Source: Mycobacteriales bacterium
GTDB lineage: Bacteria; Actinomycetota; Actinomycetes; JAFAQI01
Assembly (NCBI GenBank): GCA_035776655.1
Contig: DASTWK010000085.1
Location: 1,141 to 65,140 of the forward strand
Reading direction: 5' to 3'
DNA length: 64,000 nucleotides
Positions 60,990 to 64,000 of the stretch are shown one piece after another. The position numbers and the translations under genes are program-made. The number at the start of each line of letters is the position of its first letter. Position 1 is the stretch's first letter. Under the pieces are notes generated by a model. It was not told the DNA's origin. It ran no database searches and saw nothing but the letters and a program-made list of their open reading frames with translations.

Positions 60990-62932
60990 TGCTGGACCCG
61001 TCGCACGGTGAAGATGTGCGCCGGCTCGACGAACGGGTCGAGCCGGACGTAGTTGTGCTCGCCCCAGGTCCAGGTCGCCCCCGACAGCTCGTCGTGCACC
61101 TCGAACGGCTCGCCCGGGTCGAGCCCGAGAGCAGCAACGTCGACGTGCACGGTGGCCTCGCGCACCGCGTGCGGGTCGAGGTTGACGACGACCAGCACGC
61201 AGTCCTCCCCGGCATCGACCCCGACGCGCTTCGACCACGCGATGACCTGGTCGTTGTCCGGGTGGTGCCAGCGCAGGTTGCGCAGCTGTCGCAACGCGGG
61301 GTGCGCCCGGCGGATCTCGTTGAGCCGGGTCAGGAACGGCGCGAGCGACCGCCCCTCCCGCTCGGCCGCGGCCCAGTCCCGTGGCCGCACCTGGTATTTC
61401 TCGCTGTCCAGGTACTCCTCGCTGCCGGGACGCACCGCGACGTGCTCGTAGAGCTCGAACCCGGAGTAGACCCCCCACGACGGTGACATCAGAGCCGCCA
61501 GCACCGCTCGGATCTTGAACGCCGGCGGCCCGCCGTACTGCAGGTAGGCGTGCAGGATGTCCGGTGTGTTCACGAAGAAGTTCGGCCGCAGGAAGTCGAC
61601 CGTGTCGCGGCTGAGCTCGGTGAGGTACTCCTCGAGCTCCCAGCGCTCGTTGCGCCAGGTGAAGTAGGTGTAGGACTGCGTGAAGCCGACCTTCGCGAGC
61701 AGTTGCATCATCGGCGGTTTGGTGAACGCTTCGGCCAGCCAGATGATGTCCGGATGGTCGTGGCGGACCTCGGCGATCAGCCACTCCCAGAATCGCACCG
61801 GTTTGGTGTGCGGGTTGTCGACGCGAAAGATCCGTACGCCGTGGTCGATCCAGTGCCGGACGATGCGGAGCACTTCGCGGGAGAGACCTTCGAAGTCGCG
61901 GTCGAAGTTCAGCGGATAGATGTCCTGGTACTTCTTCGGCGGGTTCTCCGCGTAGGCGATCGAGCCGTCGGCACGGATGCTGAACCACTCCGGGTGCTCC
62001 TGCACCCACGGGTGATCGGGGGAGCACTGCAAGGCCAGGTCGAGCGCCACTTCGAGGCCGTGCCGTTCTGCCTCGGCCACGAAGAAGTCGAAGTCGTCGA
62101 TCGTGCCGAGGTCGGGATGCACGGCGTCGTGCCCGCCGGCCGGCGCGCCGATCGCCCACGGGCTGCCGGGATCTCCCGGCTCCGGTGTCAGCGTGTTGTT
62201 GCGGCCTTTGCGGAACGTCGTGCCGATCGGGTGGATCGGCGGCAGATAGACCACATCGAAACCCATCGCGGCCACCGCGGGCAGCCGTTGCGCCGCCGTG
62301 CGCAACGTTCCTTCCGAACGCGGGAAGAACTCGTACCAGGCGGAGAACCGGGCCCGCTCGCGCTCGACGAGGATCCGCATCGGCTCGCTCGCGGTGACGA
62401 GCTCGCGGACCGGATGCGCGTCGACGACGGCGACCACGTCCCGGTCGAGCGCCGGGGCCAGCCGATCCTCCGGGGAACGCTCGCCGTCGCGCAGCGCCTC
62501 GATCACCTTGAGGATGCTCGACCGGCTCGGCGCCGGTGCCGCTTCGACAGCCCGTTCGTGCAACCGCGCGCCCGCCTCGCAGACCAGGTCGACGTCCTGA
62601 CCGAGCGGGATCTTGATCGCGGCGTCGTGCCGCCACGTGCCGATCGGGTCGCCCCACGCCTCGACGTGGAACCGCCACGGTCCTTCGGTGTCGACGTGGA
62701 CCTCGGTCGCCCACCGGTCCGTGCCGCCCTCGTCCGGCAGCTTGCGCATGCGGTTGAACGGCCGCGGCTGCTCGTCCGGCCCGATCAGAACCACGTTTGC
62801 GGCGACCGCGTCGTGACCTTCGCGGAACACGGTCGCGGTGACCGTGATGGTCTCGCCGACGGCAGCCTTGGCAGGCCACCGTCCGCACTCCACGACGGGG
62901 CGCACGTCGGTGATGGGGATGCGTCCGATCAT
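60986..62932 (-). CDS. glgE: Alpha-1,4-glucan:maltose-1-phosphate maltosyltransferase
   Basis: MIGRIPITDVRPVVECGRWPAKAAVGE, YLPPIHPIG..FRKGRNN, FRVDNPHTKP, WLAEAFT. Confidence 0.95.
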
Positions 62933-63045
62933 CGATGCGAACCTACCCACGTCGGCTGGTGGCGAACGAGTGGCTCCGCTCGCCCCGAGCAAGCGGCAGT
63001 GACCCCGGCGAGGCTGGGTAGGGTCGCCCCCGTGGTGACTGCAGA

Positions 63046-64000
63046 GTGAGGGCACTTCGTCGGTTCACGGTCCGGGCCGCGCTGCCGGAGCCGCTGGCAC
63101 CGCTCGGTGACCTCGTCATGAACCTCCGCTGGTCCTGGCATCCCGACTCCCTCGACCTGTTCGAAGCGGTCGATCCGGAGACGTGGGACGCAGTCGGTCA
63201 CGATCCGGTGCGTCTGCTCGGCGAGGTCGGGGCCGACCGGATGGCAGCGCTGGCGAAGGATCGTCGGTTCCTGCGGCGGTTGTCGGACATGTACGACGAC
63301 CTGCAGGACTATCTCGAGAAGCCGCGCTGGTATCAGACGCTCGAGGACGCGCCGCGCGCGATCGCGTACTTCTCGCCGGAGTTCGGCATCACCGAGGTGC
63401 TGCCGCAATATTCCGGCGGTCTCGGCATCCTGGCCGGTGACCACCTCAAGGCCGCGAGCGACCTCGGCGTGCCGATCATCGGGGTCGGGTTGCTCTATCG
63501 ACGCGGCTACTTCAACCAGAGCCTCAGCCGGGACGGCTGGCAGCAGGAACGCTACCCACCACTCGACCCCAACGGTCTGCCGTTGACGTTGCTGCGCGAG
63601 GGCGACGGCCCGGACGGGGAGGGGCAGCCGGTGCGGGTCGCCGTCGGGCTGCCGGAAGGGCGGGTGCTGCGCGCGCAGGTGTGGCGGGCGCAGGTCGGGC
63701 GGGTGCCGTTGCTCATGCTCGACTCCGACGTCGAGGACAACGCTCCCGCCGAGCGGGAGGTGACCGACCGGCTCTACGGCGGTGGCACCGACCACCGGCT
63801 GTTGCAGGAGATGTTGCTCGGCATCGGCGGGGTCCGCGCCGTACGCCGGTTCTGCGCCCTCACCGGGCACGCCGAGCCGGAGGTGTTCCACACCAACGAA
63901 GGACACGCCGGGTTCCTCGGGCTCGAACGCATCCGCGAGCTGACCGAGGACCAGGGCCTGGACTTCGACGAGGCGCTCGCCGCGGTCCGCGCCGGCACGG
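63046..64000 (+). CDS. glgP: Alpha-glucan (glycogen) phosphorylase, 5' part only (runs off the window)
   Basis: My own translation from GTG 63046: VRALRRFTVRAALPEPLAPLGDLVMNLRWSWHPDSLDLFEAVDPETWDAVGHDPVRLL...YFSPEFGI...YSGGLGILAGDHLKAASDLGVP. The frame is open to the window end. It is absent from the track because no stop is reached. Confidence 0.85.
   Translation, partial: MRALRRFTVRAALPEPLAPLGDLVMNLRWSWHPDSLDLFEAVDPETWDAVGHDPVRLLGEVGADRMAALAKDRRFLRRLSDMYDDLQDYLEKPRWYQTLEDAPRAIAYFSPEFGITEVLPQYSGGLGILAGDHLKAASDLGVPIIGVGLLYRRGYFNQSLSRDGWQQERYPPLDPNGLPLTLLREGDGPDGEGQPVRVAVGLPEGRVLRAQVWRAQVGRVPLLMLDSDVEDNAPAEREVTDRLYGGGTDHRLLQEMLLGIGGVRAVRRFCALTGHAEPEVFHTNEGHAGFLGLERIRELTEDQGLDFDEALAAVRAGT

Noticed and set aside
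60990-62888. Upstream 633 codons of the 1,189-aa track ORF (59319-62888), which would make a giant TreS fusion.
   Set aside because: That part overlaps glgE in another frame and is Arg/Pro/Gly junk. The conserved TreS N-terminus (DPLWYKRAVFYEV) begins right after GTG 60989, which overlaps the glgE stop.

Overview
High-GC (about 70%) actinobacterial chromosomal segment that is almost entirely coding. The backbone is colinear with the conserved mycobacterial/streptomycete core block. That block runs argS-lysA-hom-thrC-thrB-rho-rpmE-prfA-prmC-Sua5/TsaC-glyA-wecA, then the complete F1Fo operon (atpZ/I-like, atpB-E-F-H-A-G-D-C) with DUF2550 and a PduO-type adenosyltransferase. It continues with murA, nucS, a 3-hydroxyacyl-CoA dehydrogenase, an mce/thiolase/meaB/acyl-CoA-mutase group and a thioredoxin-TPR protein. 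It ends with the GlgE alpha-glucan operon glgB-pep2-treS-glgE, divergent from a glgP that runs off the window. Many neighbouring genes are translationally coupled through ATGA/GTGA overlaps. One tRNA-Arg(CCG) is present. I saw no rRNA, CRISPR array, transposase or integrase. Five segments interrupt this backbone: (1) the left 7.7 kb (SDR, AhpD-like protein, giant cyclase-STAND-WD40 gene, tRNA, orphan receiver plus lipoprotein); (2) a HAMP adenylyl cyclase with an ECF sigma and a membrane partner; (3) a 9 kb island of four large secreted hydrolases behind an orphan STAS protein; (4) an LPXTG surface protein and an AI-2E transporter; (5) the mutase cluster. The best candidate for something new is the 1,629-aa single-gene module at 1606-6495. 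It joins a class III nucleotidyl cyclase to two different P-loop STAND-type NTPase modules, one transmembrane helix and about 700 aa of WD40 propeller. That is a receptor-like, oligomerisation-gated second-messenger generator whose architecture I cannot match to a characterised system. All calls rest on reading the translated ORFs, on motifs and on remembered family knowledge; no database search was run. The many long alternative-frame and antisense ORFs in the track are high-GC artefacts.
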